Below, piece after piece: positions 44,189 to 55,005 of a DNA stretch of 64,000 nucleotides; position 1 is the first letter of the stretch; each line of letters starts with the position of its first letter. The notes under the pieces were generated by a model. That model was not told where the DNA came from, did not search any database, and saw only the letters and a list, made by a program, of their open reading frames with translations. A program made the translations under genes and the position numbers. The stretch covers positions 32,001 through 96,000 of the IMG/VR virus record IMGVR_UViG_3300028591_000012, one strand, 5' to 3'. Source of the stretch: a virus. Lineage: Duplodnaviria > Caudoviricetes.

Positions 44189-44601
44189 ATTTTTCTCCTA
44201 TTTCAGATTTAATTTCCTTTTCAAACCATTCACCAATCTTCTTAAATTTTTCTAAGAAAGGTGAACCAACCCAGAAGTCAGTTATCTTTTTAATAACCTC
44301 ATTCATATCTGCCTCCAAAAAAGAAGCCCCTCGAATTGTCGTGTTATTCGAGGGGCTAAGTCTTCATAACTAGAAGCTCATCACAAAAGCGATGAATGAA
44401 CACGACACACATTCATTGCTCTTTAATTCCAATTTTAAGACAGAATAAAATCCTTCTTAAATCCAACGGAAAGCTGTTGTCACCGTTCTCTCAGATTTTG
44501 TGACCTTTCGGGTTCAATGCCTGCGGACCCGTGAAAGAACGGAAACAACCGCTTTCAAGCGGCGGCGTTCAGCTCGCCGCGATAAGGCTCTGTCAAGCCT
44601 T

Positions 44602-44715
44602 ATCTATAGGTTAACCTATAGATTTTTTTATAAATTGGTTATATAACCAACTCTATATATATTTATAATGTTATATTACCAATTAGTCAAGTAATAAATT
44701 GTTTAAGTAACCAAT
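44602..44715. promoter_or_regulatory. Divergent control region with palindromic operators
   Basis: Perfect palindromes ATCTATAGGTTAACCTATAGAT (44602-44623) and TTGGTTATATAACCAA (44635-44650); further ACCAATT half-sites upstream of the HTH gene. Confidence 0.6.
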
Positions 44716-44737
44716 TTATTTATCCGATAATAGTTAT

Positions 44738-45016
44738 ATGAATAACTTTGAAGAGTTCTATGAACGTGTAAAACAAATCTCAAAAACTCAAAATAAGAGT
44801 GTTAGAACAGTTATTGAAGATTGTGGTATCAATTATGATTCTTACAATTCTTATAAACGTTACGGTAATCTTCCTCGTTCTGATGAAGCAGTAGCTATTG
44901 CAAAGGCTTTGAATACTACGGTTGAATATCTTGTTACAGGAGAGCTTACTGATTCGATAGCAGAATTGAGCGAGCTAAAAAAGAAAGTTTTAGAGTTCGC
45001 CCAGTCCGTTCAATGA
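44738..45016 (+). CDS. XRE-family HTH repressor
   Basis: PRSDEAVAIAKALNTTVEYLVTG. Confidence 0.85.
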   Translation: MNNFEEFYERVKQISKTQNKSVRTVIEDCGINYDSYNSYKRYGNLPRSDEAVAIAKALNTTVEYLVTGELTDSIAELSELKKKVLEFAQSVQ

Positions 45017-45017
45017 A

Positions 45018-45653
45018 TTAAGCTGGTAACATCTGGCACTTTTGTTGTAATGCGTAAGCTACAGTTTTACTGGCATTTACACATACAGGATTTACCTCGT
45101 GATAACCGTATTCATTTTCAAGCATAAGGCTTGCCATTGCTTCACTTGCTTTTACTGCTTTTAGCTCTTTTACACTCATATCTTTTTTCTTATTAGAAAT
45201 ACCAAGCACTTTTTTCATTGCATTTGTTGTGTTGATATACTCATAAGAGTGCTGATAACCACGTGTTTCAAGTTCATCGGTAAAAGCTTTTCTTATTTCA
45301 ATTGATTTGGCTCTAACCTGCTTATATTCAAGCGAGCTTCGTTCACGAAATTTCTTTTCAACTTCTATGAAATATTGGCGAACGCGTTTTCCGATTTCAG
45401 AACGTTGAATCATACAGATTTCTTTTGCCATATCAATCGTAAGAATGTAATCTACTGTTATCTGCTCTCCACCAAGGGTTGCTCTTTTTTGAGCATACCT
45501 TTTGAAGTCTTCATTTTCAGTAAAACCATATTCACACATACGATTAAACCAGGTATCAAATCTTGTCTTGATACAAAGCTTGTTGTGTAAATCCTTTGCA
45601 GATACATACTGCAAACCATTCCGTGAAGTAACCTTAATAGTTAACTCGTTCAT
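45018..45653 (-). CDS. AntA/AntB-type antirepressor
   Basis: VSAKDLH...FDTWFNRMCEYGFTENEDF...TIDMAKEICMIQRSEIGKRVRQYFI. Confidence 0.9.
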   Translation of the reverse strand: MNELTIKVTSRNGLQYVSAKDLHNKLCIKTRFDTWFNRMCEYGFTENEDFKRYAQKRATLGGEQITVDYILTIDMAKEICMIQRSEIGKRVRQYFIEVEKKFRERSSLEYKQVRAKSIEIRKAFTDELETRGYQHSYEYINTTNAMKKVLGISNKKKDMSVKELKAVKASEAMASLMLENEYGYHEVNPVCVNASKTVAYALQQKCQMLPA

Positions 45654-45672
45654 ACTGCCTTCCTTTGAGCAA

Positions 45673-45812
45673 TAAAAAAACCTTTATTTTGAAGACTTGT
45701 CGGCTCGTTACCTCCGAAACAGACCCACTATGAAAAGTCTGTATACAAATCCTCAAGATAAAGGTTTCTTCTGCTCATAGTGTAATGTCACGTGGATTAA
45801 CGAATATCCACG
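45673..45812 (-). ncRNA. C4-like antisense RNA directly upstream of the antirepressor
   Basis: Outer AAACCTTTAT/ATAAAGGTTT stem; loops TCGTTA (45705) and CACTATGA (45726) complementary to TAACGA (45798) and TCATAGTG (45775). Confidence 0.6.
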
Positions 45813-46235
45813 CTTTTAGTATGGCACTAATAAAAAACGAGCTTAAACTTTCAAAGAACTTTAGGGCCACAAACGTGACCCATTGTCTAACTACTCTTCA
45901 AGAAGGTCGTAAGCTTTTGCACTGTATGACATAATTTCATCAGCCATAGTCAAAGCTATGCTTCCGGCAGAAATGTTTGCTTCATCAAGGCTTATTGCTC
46001 TTGCAAAGTCCTCAATCTTTCTCAGACAATCCTGTACTTTCTTTGTAATCGTGTCTTTCATATAAAAACCTCTCTTTGTTTGATTAGCCATCTAACTGAC
46101 GGCAAGAGGGACAATTGACAGACCGCCTAAGACCCTCTCGCTATGTAGCGTTTACAAGGGAATCTTAGTGAGAAAGTATAATTTGAATCGAGTTTAATTT
46201 GCTTGAATCGTTACTTGAATTGCTTCAAGATGGTA

Positions 46236-46883
46236 TTAAACCTTTTTGAATTGTTCTTTGTATTTGTTTACGAGGTCATTTGTATTGTCACACATATTTC
46301 TTTCCCTGGCATTTTTAAGTTTCTGACTTATTGTCTGCTGTGAAAACAGGTCTATTTCTTTCTGTAACTTACCTTCTGCAAGTTCTGATAAAATAGCCTT
46401 TTCACTGTCAGTCAGATTTAATACGGCAGGTTTATTTACGGCAAATACATAAGACATCTTAGTGTAGAACATAAAGATGTATGTTACGTGAATAAGGAAC
46501 GGTATTATTCCCAGACGTTTAAGAGTGAATGAGATAACAACATTTACCAAGTAAATCCACGGAGCAAGCTTCTTTATCTTAGGGTTAGCACCTATCGCGA
46601 TCAGCATAAAGAAAATAGTTGCATAGTTGTAGAAGTTATTTATGTATACTAAAGTACAGGAATAAATAACAAGAGCATAACTTAATCCTTTTCTTCCGAA
46701 TAAGAATATCATTAGTGCAATAAGTCCACAGCCACCTGCTCGCAAGTACCAGTGATATTCAACATTACCTACATAATTTTCATATACGTGAAGAGCAATA
46801 AGCAGTAAGTGAAGAAGAAATATTTTTAATAATTCCTTGTCATTTTTAAGAAGCTCTATCCTTGATTTAATCCATTTAAACAT
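46236..46883 (-). CDS. Multi-TM protein with C-terminal LuxR-like HTH
   Basis: About five TMs followed by LTDSEKAILSELAEGKLQKEI. Confidence 0.65.
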   Translation of the reverse strand: MFKWIKSRIELLKNDKELLKIFLLHLLLIALHVYENYVGNVEYHWYLRAGGCGLIALMIFLFGRKGLSYALVIYSCTLVYINNFYNYATIFFMLIAIGANPKIKKLAPWIYLVNVVISFTLKRLGIIPFLIHVTYIFMFYTKMSYVFAVNKPAVLNLTDSEKAILSELAEGKLQKEIDLFSQQTISQKLKNARERNMCDNTNDLVNKYKEQFKKV

Positions 46884-46923
46884 AAATACCTCTTTTAATT
46901 ATCGACACTGAAATAAGATTTCA

Positions 46924-47421
46924 TTAAATGCTTCGCATACCTCCTAAATTAACATCAAAGTCCGGCAGAGGATTTTCTGCTGAATACCACAGATGAAGAC
47001 AATGCTCGGCAATGTTGACGTAGTGTGCTTCATCAGGAAATACCATAATTGACTTCTTATCAGTTCCAATAAAATCCTTTCTTACGAGCTGAATATCCTT
47101 ATAGTCTGGAATTCTGCTTTTTCTGCTGAATGATACGTGCAGCCATTCAATGCCTTTGTATTTCATAGGAGATATGATTACGCGTATACCGTTGAAGTCA
47201 AATGCGCGGATGTAATCATCTGCCTTGTCTGATAATAGACTGTAAAGACTTACCCTTGTCTGTTTCCAGTAGTTAGGAACATTCGGAAAGAACTGTGATT
47301 CTGAAATCTTTACGTTTTCAACTTCACCGCCACCAGGAAATGAATAGTCACCTTTTATTCCCATTTTTTTACGTAGCAGTTCAATTCCCTGCTCTTCCTG
47401 TTCTTTAGTTAGTTGTTTCAT
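46924..47421 (-). CDS. Conserved phage protein (WxHVS...YVN..HCLHLW family)
   Basis: WLHVSFSRKSRIPDY...YVNIAEHCLHLW. Confidence 0.65.
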   Translation of the reverse strand: MKQLTKEQEEQGIELLRKKMGIKGDYSFPGGGEVENVKISESQFFPNVPNYWKQTRVSLYSLLSDKADDYIRAFDFNGIRVIISPMKYKGIEWLHVSFSRKSRIPDYKDIQLVRKDFIGTDKKSIMVFPDEAHYVNIAEHCLHLWYSAENPLPDFDVNLGGMRSI

Positions 47422-47455
47422 TGTTTTTTCCTCTGTATAAGTTTGTAATCACCTC

Positions 47456-47821
47456 TTACTCCTCTCTTACGTTTGAAAGATGTATAGCATATACAGGCTT
47501 ATCTATTGCAAGGTCTGTGTCTTTACCGTCAATAATCTCAATCTTCGTGATGTTGGCAATCATATACTTATTTATGTAGCCGAGACGAAGTTTGCATTTT
47601 AACTTTGCATCTTTTTCACATAAAACAAAATGCCCTCCGTTCCAGCTGTCACCGCAAGAAACTTCAATTTTACAATGGCTTCCAAATCGTCTTTCATATT
47701 CTTTTGAAAGTTCTGAACAAATTCTTTTAGTCCAATAAGGCTTTACTTCACGGTATTCAACAGTCTTTTCACCAGACTTAATTTTTTCATACCATTGTTT
47801 TTTAAGTGGAAATATCAGCAT
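47456..47821 (-). CDS. ASCH-domain protein
   Basis: LKKQWYEKIKSGEKTVEYRE. Confidence 0.8.
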   Translation of the reverse strand: MLIFPLKKQWYEKIKSGEKTVEYREVKPYWTKRICSELSKEYERRFGSHCKIEVSCGDSWNGGHFVLCEKDAKLKCKLRLGYINKYMIANITKIEIIDGKDTDLAIDKPVYAIHLSNVREE

Positions 47822-49389
47822 TTTTTTATTCCTCCTTTATACATTTACTTTCTGGAGATATTTAGTCCAAAATCCGCCGCTAAAACCTTTCAACATAACC
47901 AATTCTGTTCCATAATTATCCCAAGAATCAGAATCACATTCCCATATTTTGCCTTCGTTTTCTTTGGCTTCTATACAAGTATGCATTACAACCTTATCAC
48001 CTTTTGAAAGTATGTTTACTCCTTTCCTTTTTCTGTGATTACGACTTTTAATATATTCTCTTGTCATTAAATCAGTCCATATATCAAGAGAAACAAGAAC
48101 AGTATCATATTCTTTATACTGTTTCCAAAATGCTGTAATACTTGTTATTTTTTCATCAATTACAGGATAACGTTTATAATGACTAAAGAATTCTTCTTCA
48201 CTATAAAGCTCACATTTATCAAGAATTGCAGTGTAATTTGAAAAACACCTATCTTCTTGATCTAAAGTTCTTTTATATCCCCAAAGCATAAAACAATTCT
48301 TTGTAGAATGTTTCATTGAAACAGCAATGTATTTTCTTTCAGATTTGTTCATTTTTTTACTCCTTTTTTCTTATAGTATTTTTCAACTTCTTCTAACGAC
48401 TGAAACTCTTTTCCTGCATATCCTTTTTCATTTTCTTCAGTAAACATAATCATCCTGTCAAAAACTGCATATCCTGCATGTATCTTGGGATATTTCTTTT
48501 GGACGCACAAAGTCAGTTCCTCATTAGCAAGAACAAATTTGTCAAACTGTTTTTCAACTTTCCTACACAACTGTTTTACATCATTCTTGAAGGTATCTTT
48601 AACAGTATCTTTTCTCACCTGCTTTCTGCCTAATCCTAACTCCTGCTTTATCTCTTCCCAATCATTGATGTCATCTGCACCAGGCTCAAAGCGTCTGTTT
48701 GCTACTTCCTTGATTTTATCGTACAGTTTTGGGTTCCATTTTCTGACGTTATAGCTCCATAAAAAAGCAACGTGTATCTGCAAGTCATTCGGCTGTTTTA
48801 TAAAATTGCAATCTACATCCATTGTAAGTATTCTGTCACAAAGCCATCCTGCCCTTTGTTGCCAGTTTCCATCTATGTAATAAACCCTGAAAATCGAAGT
48901 CAAGATTTTATTTTTAAGCCATAAGTTCTCACAGGTTTCTTTTGCTTTGGAGAGTGAATTAAAACATAATTCTTCTGGAAGTGGGCCGCCTCCAAAACAT
49001 CCGTCTTTTTGAACAAAATACTTAAAGGGCGGTTTTATTGCCATTTCAATTATTCTATTTTCTGTCATTTCTTCTCCTCGTAATATTCGCATTTTCTTGG
49101 TTCATATCCTGGAATGATAATTTTTCCAGAATGTTCACAACCAACACTCCGTGTAAGTTCTCTTGAGTTTTTACAAGAGTAACACAAAGGTTTGTCAGTA
49201 TTTTTATTTCTATCCATCCGTTCTAATGCTGTCATTTCTTACTCCTTAGAGCTTCTTCAAGAAATTCTCTTTTATTCTCTTCATCCATAGAACGATATAC
49301 GTAATACAGAGTATCTTTCTTCATTCCAGGAAAGTGATGTCCGTGGTCTTTTACCCACTGTTCAAAAGCGATATTATCTTCTTCTTTTG

Positions 49390-50088
49390 TCATTTAGCTT
49401 CTACCTCTACGTTATCTGGAATGTTTTTATCCTTGTTTACTCTGTCGCATATCTGTTGAGCAAGTTCTTTTGAATCGAATACTGTATGACGAACATTGTA
49501 GTTATCACTGATATTGAATTCTTCTGCAGGACCTTTCCAAACATCCCGTGCTGTATAAGTGATACTGTCACCATAACTCTCGTATCTCACAGCCCATTTT
49601 TCACTCTTAATGAATGGTTCATTAGAGAATCTGATTTTAATAGCGTCTGCAGGTTTTACAAAATAAGCAAAATACTGCTTTCCACAAGTTGGGCACCCTT
49701 CTGTGCAATCTCGTCCACTTGGTGATTTAAAATGTATCAAACGCTTTTCATCACATTTATCACATTTAGGGAGATAAGCAGACTTGCTATCAATGCAATA
49801 TAAATGCTCATTGAAATCTGCAATCGTTGTGAGTTCAGTTATTTTTTTACGAGCAAGAGAACGCATCATCTCATCTTCTTTGATATTAAACTGACGTTTT
49901 TTATCTTCATAATCCTGCTTGATCTTGTCAAAGTTTTCTTTTACTTCTTGAAGTTTTTCGTTCTCTTTTTTAAGACGAGCCATTTCATTAAGTATTTCTT
50001 CTTTGACAGTTTTTCGTAATCCTTCTTTGAACTCTTCGATTGCTATGTCAAAATCAGAAGGTCCTTCATTATAAAAATCTTCCCACAT
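49390..50088 (-). CDS. Hypothetical coiled-coil and zinc-finger protein
   Basis: Coiled coil; CDKC...CPTC. Confidence 0.6.
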   Translation of the reverse strand: MWEDFYNEGPSDFDIAIEEFKEGLRKTVKEEILNEMARLKKENEKLQEVKENFDKIKQDYEDKKRQFNIKEDEMMRSLARKKITELTTIADFNEHLYCIDSKSAYLPKCDKCDEKRLIHFKSPSGRDCTEGCPTCGKQYFAYFVKPADAIKIRFSNEPFIKSEKWAVRYESYGDSITYTARDVWKGPAEEFNISDNYNVRHTVFDSKELAQQICDRVNKDKNIPDNVEVEAK

Positions 50089-50625
50089 AATTATTCCTCC
50101 TTAACCGTTATAAACACTGCGGTATTGTTTGCTTCTATTTCTAAAACTTCTGCATTTTTTATTGGTAAGTCTTTAATCTTATTGTTATCTTTTTTAGCTA
50201 AGCTTTTACCTTCTTCATTGAAGACGTAAAAGAAACTTGGATTCCATTTTACTTCAGCAAGTTCATATAACTTCATATTTTCCTCCTCCAAAAAAAGTGC
50301 CTAGACTGACTACTCCATTGAGACTGTGAACCGAGAGGTCTCTAGCACCTATGCTTACTGCCACTTTTCAGCTTTACCACAGACTACTCGTATTTCAATA
50401 CTCAAACGCAATCTGTTTACAGTGCCGTTTCGTCCTAGCACGAGCGACTAAGCAGATATTACGGGTTCCCCCCAACCTTATCACAAGGGTAAGGATTTGG
50501 CTCTTGTCCACTGCACATAGCTTCACCAGATACAGCTATGCCTCTCGTTCCAGGCTTGCTAGTCTTCCAATTCCTCAACTGTTTTTGTAAGGTCTTCGTG
50601 TTTATTGGCAACTTTTAGACCTTTA

Positions 50626-50718
50626 TGGGGATGAAGGGAATCGAACCACTTACAGAAACCTAGGATAATCGACTGTATTACGCACTACAGCCTTGCTTTT
50701 CCAATTGCATACATCCCC
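50626..50718 (-). tRNA. Non-canonical tRNA-like element, identity undetermined
   Basis: GGGGATG/CATCCCC acceptor, TGC...GCA D arm, GGTTCGATTCC T loop; but 7-bp anticodon stem with 8-nt loop and a bulged T stem. Confidence 0.55.
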
Positions 50719-51283
50719 GAATTTTAACCTGTGAGAAATTCCCACAGGTTATTGTTTTTACTTTTCGTTTGCAGAACTTGCTTCATCAATGCCTTTTTCT
50801 TTAAGAAGTGCGCGGACCATATCAATCGTCTTACTCATTTCTTCAATACTTCTTTCCGGTGTATCGTATTCGCAGGTCAGATCAAACTGTGCCTTTCCTT
50901 TGGCATTAAGACTGATGTTAATTCTTGTTCTTGTGTTTGTTTCGTTTACTTTTGTTTCTTCCATAATTTAATCTCCTTTTATTTTTAGTTTTCTAAAGCT
51001 AGTTTTTGATATATAGAATTAGCTCTGTCAATGCAGACTATATTCCCTCTTCCACGGTCACGGTAATATCGCATATACCTCCTTATAGTTTCGCCTTCTG
51101 TATTCTTACATAAAGGCTCAATTGCAGCACACATAATAGGTAACTCAGAACCTGAGAACTGCTGACCTATTTCCATTTCATCAAGAATCTTATCAACAGC
51201 TTTCCTGATTTCCTTGTGAGCCTTCTTTTTTGGCAATGAACTGCAAAATGGTGATACCTTTTCCATAATTTTTCCTCCCGAAT

Positions 51284-51331
51284 AAAAAAAAAAGGCGTAC
51301 AGGACTAAGCCTATACGCCTTTAATTTTTTG
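51284..51331 (-). terminator. Intrinsic terminator-like hairpin
   Basis: AAAGGCGTA...TACGCCTTT flanked by A and T runs. Confidence 0.6.
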
Positions 51332-51357
51332 GTCACATCAGAACTTAATCTGATATA

Positions 51358-51386
51358 ACTATAGTTTACTATAATAAACTTGTCAA
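51358..51386 (-). promoter_or_regulatory. Sigma70-type promoter with palindromic operator
   Basis: Minus strand TTGACA-17 bp-TATAGT; AGTTTACTATAATAAACT at 51363-51380. Confidence 0.7.
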
Positions 51387-51452
51387 GTATTATAATAAAC
51401 TTTATAATTTACAATTATAAACTGTTGTCTGAAATAGTAGACATACTTAGAA

Positions 51453-52157
51453 TTACTTCATAGCTTTCCAGCTGTCTACATCTAGCAGTTCCTTTCCAGC
51501 TTTTTTCGCGTGGTGTATTGTAGATATTGTACCGCCGGTAAGACCTGCAACTCCTCCTACATAGTTAGCTCTTTCTTTCTTAATGCGATTGCTAGAAGCC
51601 TCTGACAGATTGTAGTACTTACTGTCATTAAGATTTCTCTTGGAAGCAACGGTCAATGTTATTCCTGTGATTAAAAGTGATAACAGCAGAACCAAAACTG
51701 CTCCTATCCACATATCAGCAGCAAACATAATAATCGTAATAATACCACCTATTATAAGCGGGACCCAAGCTGTTCCATTTCGTTTTACACAGGCAGACTC
51801 AAAGATATCATCTTCATAATGTGATTTCATTTCCTGTGTTCTTTTTTCAACAAGGTGTTTTCTTTCATCAATCGACATACCCTGCATATCATCTGTGTAA
51901 TATCCCATAATTTCCTCCAAAGCAGAATTTAAATAATCTTTGTATTCTTGAACTTCTTTGTTACTTTCTTCAAGAAGAAGTTCTCGTTCAGATTTTATTG
52001 TTTTTAATTCAGCTTCTAGTTTTTTGTTTTTCTCAATCAGAGCTATTGCTTCTTTTACTTCTTTTGATTTTGTTCCTTTTTTGTATCTGACTGTACAGTT
52101 GTTACTTGTTATTTCAGTATCCCAATCAGGAAATTCAATGAAAATATTTTTTCCCAA
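51453..52157 (-). CDS. Two-TM membrane protein
   Basis: Coiled coil followed by two hydrophobic helices. Confidence 0.6.
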   Translation of the reverse strand: MGKNIFIEFPDWDTEITSNNCTVRYKKGTKSKEVKEAIALIEKNKKLEAELKTIKSERELLLEESNKEVQEYKDYLNSALEEIMGYYTDDMQGMSIDERKHLVEKRTQEMKSHYEDDIFESACVKRNGTAWVPLIIGGIITIIMFAADMWIGAVLVLLLSLLITGITLTVASKRNLNDSKYYNLSEASSNRIKKERANYVGGVAGLTGGTISTIHHAKKAGKELLDVDSWKAMK

Positions 52158-54165
52158 TACAACCTCCCTAAGAAACCTTTACAATTTTAAACCCATTAAA
52201 GAAGTCTATTGCTTCCTGACACTCTTCCTTTGTTTTATACTCAGAGAAGTAGCCGGTTTCAACATAGTCTTCTTTATCCGTATCCCATACACAGTATCCT
52301 GCGCTGCACTTTTTGTGTCCATCTTCATCTTCAATTGTAATAAGTCTGCATTTAGGCTCTAACATATCAATCCTCCTCTTTTTCATCTTCAAAGAAACCA
52401 TATTCAATTTCTTTTAGATTCTTAAAAATTGTAATTTCTACATCTGCACCAGAGTCATTATTATCAATGCAGGCTTTAATAAAATCTGTCTTGTTATTAA
52501 ATTCTGTCTGACACTTATCTTCGTTTTGTTTCCATGCTTCACACCAATCACAATTACAGGAATTGCCAAATGTATGATACAATACAGCTCTGCCAGTGTG
52601 CCACGAGTTAGAAGTTGGCTCTTCACATCCAACAAGTTCTCCAGATGGATTAACCTCAAGAGTTTCGTAAGATACGTCGTTTACGTGACTTCTTACAGAC
52701 CAATCTATGCAAAGGTCTCTTGTAATTTTCTTTTCTACTTCATTTCTGATCATAATATATCTCCTTATATTTGTTATTATACATTACTACAGTGCCAAAA
52801 ATCGTCACTCAAATATTAACTTCTATTATATTACAATAAAGTTTCATAAGCAACGATTAACTTACGTTGTCAACGATAAGGAAAGAGTCCTTACTCAACC
52901 GTAAGTGACCTGCAAAGTTTACACTTTTTCCTCTTTTAAGATTAAGATTTTTGAGTATGTTATAAGTCTTTTTCTTTACAACACAGTCAATTTCAGCCCT
53001 CATTGAAAAGATGTCTTTTCTGAAAACCTCACCTCTTACTCTTACGACAGCTCCATTTTTGCGTTCTTTTATGTCCGTGATTTTGCCGGACACTTCCCAA
53101 ATGTTACTTGAAATCATCTTACCTCCGCAATAAAAAAGCAGTCTGTTACGACTGCTTTAATCTTCTTCAATCATTCTTATTCCGTGAACAGGCTTTGGAC
53201 ATTCAAATTCTTTAAAGCAACTCCTACAGCAGAAACCGTATGGTATTTCTTCAAAACAGTACTTGCAGTAAACTTTAGGTTTGATATTTTCCATTCTTTT
53301 ATCTTCCATCATTTTTCCTTCCTTGCTTTCATCATAGCATCAGCGTATTCATAAGCTAACTGAGATTGATACTCAGGTCTTGATATTTGATTTGCAGAAG
53401 TAATTCCGATAAGTGCTGCCATTGCAAATCTGTCTCTTAATTCAGGTGTTTTATTTTCAATGCTTTGTATAGCATTATTTAACCACGGTTCAAAAACAAT
53501 CATTTCCATAATTTACTCCTTATCAAATCCGATATACTTTTCAATCAAATCTTCGTTATCAAGATTTACAGGCGGTTCATTAGAATGTTTATCGTAGTAG
53601 TAAAAACCACAGTCAAGTTCCGGCGGATTGTTTACAACATTCAGAATTGTAATTGCTCTGTCCAATTCATTCTTATCAACTGCTTCTTTGATTTCATCTT
53701 TGATATCTGGGTAAGAAAAAAACTTGTTGTTATTTACTTCCCAATACAATTCTGTAATGGCACAGTCGTATCCTTTTTCTTCTTTGATTTCTTCAAACTG
53801 TTTTCTTGTCATATTTTACTCCTTAAAAACTCCAGTCATAAAATTTTTTCCATTGTCCAAGAGACACGTAACAGTTAGAGCCTGTCTCTCTCCAATCACC
53901 ATTTTTACGAAGAGTGATTTTCATTTCATCACCTTCAAATTCGCTTTCGTGAATGAGCCAGTTCTGATGACCCATACCACCTTCTTTTGTTTTGTCGTGT
54001 TCAGTCTTGTTTTCTTTTATCCACATTGTTTTGCCGGATTTAGAAACCCTTACAACTTGACACGGATTGGCATCTGAAAATAAGTGCATTGTACATTTGT
54101 CACCAACTTTAGGTGTTGCACTTGAACCCATATGTGTATACTCTTCAATTCTCATAAATTACTCC

Positions 54166-54801
54166 TTACTCACATTCGTAGACATCTGTGAATTCCCACT
54201 TATGAATACTCACCCAATCAAGTTCTTCTGCCATTTCAAGAAGTTTGTCTATGTCAGTTTCTTCAGTTTTTAAAACTTCCTGGCAGAATTTGATAACTTT
54301 TTCTTCAGGTGCATCCCAATCAGATTCCCAATCTAAATCGTCAGGTGCGTCGTAAATATCTATGACATACAAGTTTTCCATTAAAGGGTCATTAGTTTCG
54401 TAAAGACCACATCCACATTCCTCTGAGTCAAAAGTAATGTCGTAATCTTCTCCGAGATATTTTTCGCAGACTAAAACCCACATTCTCATCATAGAACGCC
54501 AAGCTGTTTCCTGTTCAATATGAATGACATCATCAGCTTCAATTTCAAGCCAAGTTATCGAGCCGCGACAGGCAATTGATTCACCTTTATCTGTTGTAAA
54601 ATCTTTTGTCATATTTCCTGCATTGTCAAACTCACATTTTGCAATACCTGAATTACCGACAACGTTTCCCAACCAATTATTACCGAATCCGTTTTTACAA
54701 TAATCTTTTGAAGTCCACTCTTTAATATTCTTAAAAAGTTCGTTTAATTTGTCTTTGTTGTTTGAGTTAATTATTATTCTTGTAGAACACCAATTAGGCA
54801 T
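54166..54801 (-). CDS. DUF1281/YubB-like phage protein
   Basis: MPNWC N-terminus, ETAW and EECGCG motifs. Confidence 0.6.
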   Translation of the reverse strand: MPNWCSTRIIINSNNKDKLNELFKNIKEWTSKDYCKNGFGNNWLGNVVGNSGIAKCEFDNAGNMTKDFTTDKGESIACRGSITWLEIEADDVIHIEQETAWRSMMRMWVLVCEKYLGEDYDITFDSEECGCGLYETNDPLMENLYVIDIYDAPDDLDWESDWDAPEEKVIKFCQEVLKTEETDIDKLLEMAEELDWVSIHKWEFTDVYECE

Positions 54802-54812
54802 ATCAATCCTCC

Positions 54813-55005
54813 TTAAATAATTGCTTCGTCAATTAAAGTCCAACCACATTCAATTGAACGTTCTTCTAAAGTTTTTGTATCTACATTTTCGATACACTCC
54901 TGTAACTGTCCGTCAGTAGGTTCGTGTTCATATTTTGTTTCTAAACGCAGTTCTTACATCCGCTACAGTCCATTCGATTTTGCATAATACTTCATTATCA
55001 TTCAT
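54813..55005 (-). pseudogene. Small ORF broken by a single-base frameshift (or sequencing error)
   Basis: MNDNEVLCKIEWTVADVRTAF continues in another frame as ETKYEHEPTDGQ...LIDEAII*; AGGAG RBS. Confidence 0.5.

Noticed and set aside
50410-50460. Hammerhead ribozyme (GTC...GACGAAAC on the minus strand)
   Set aside because: The required CUGANGA core reads CUGCUUA, and stems I and III are not convincing.
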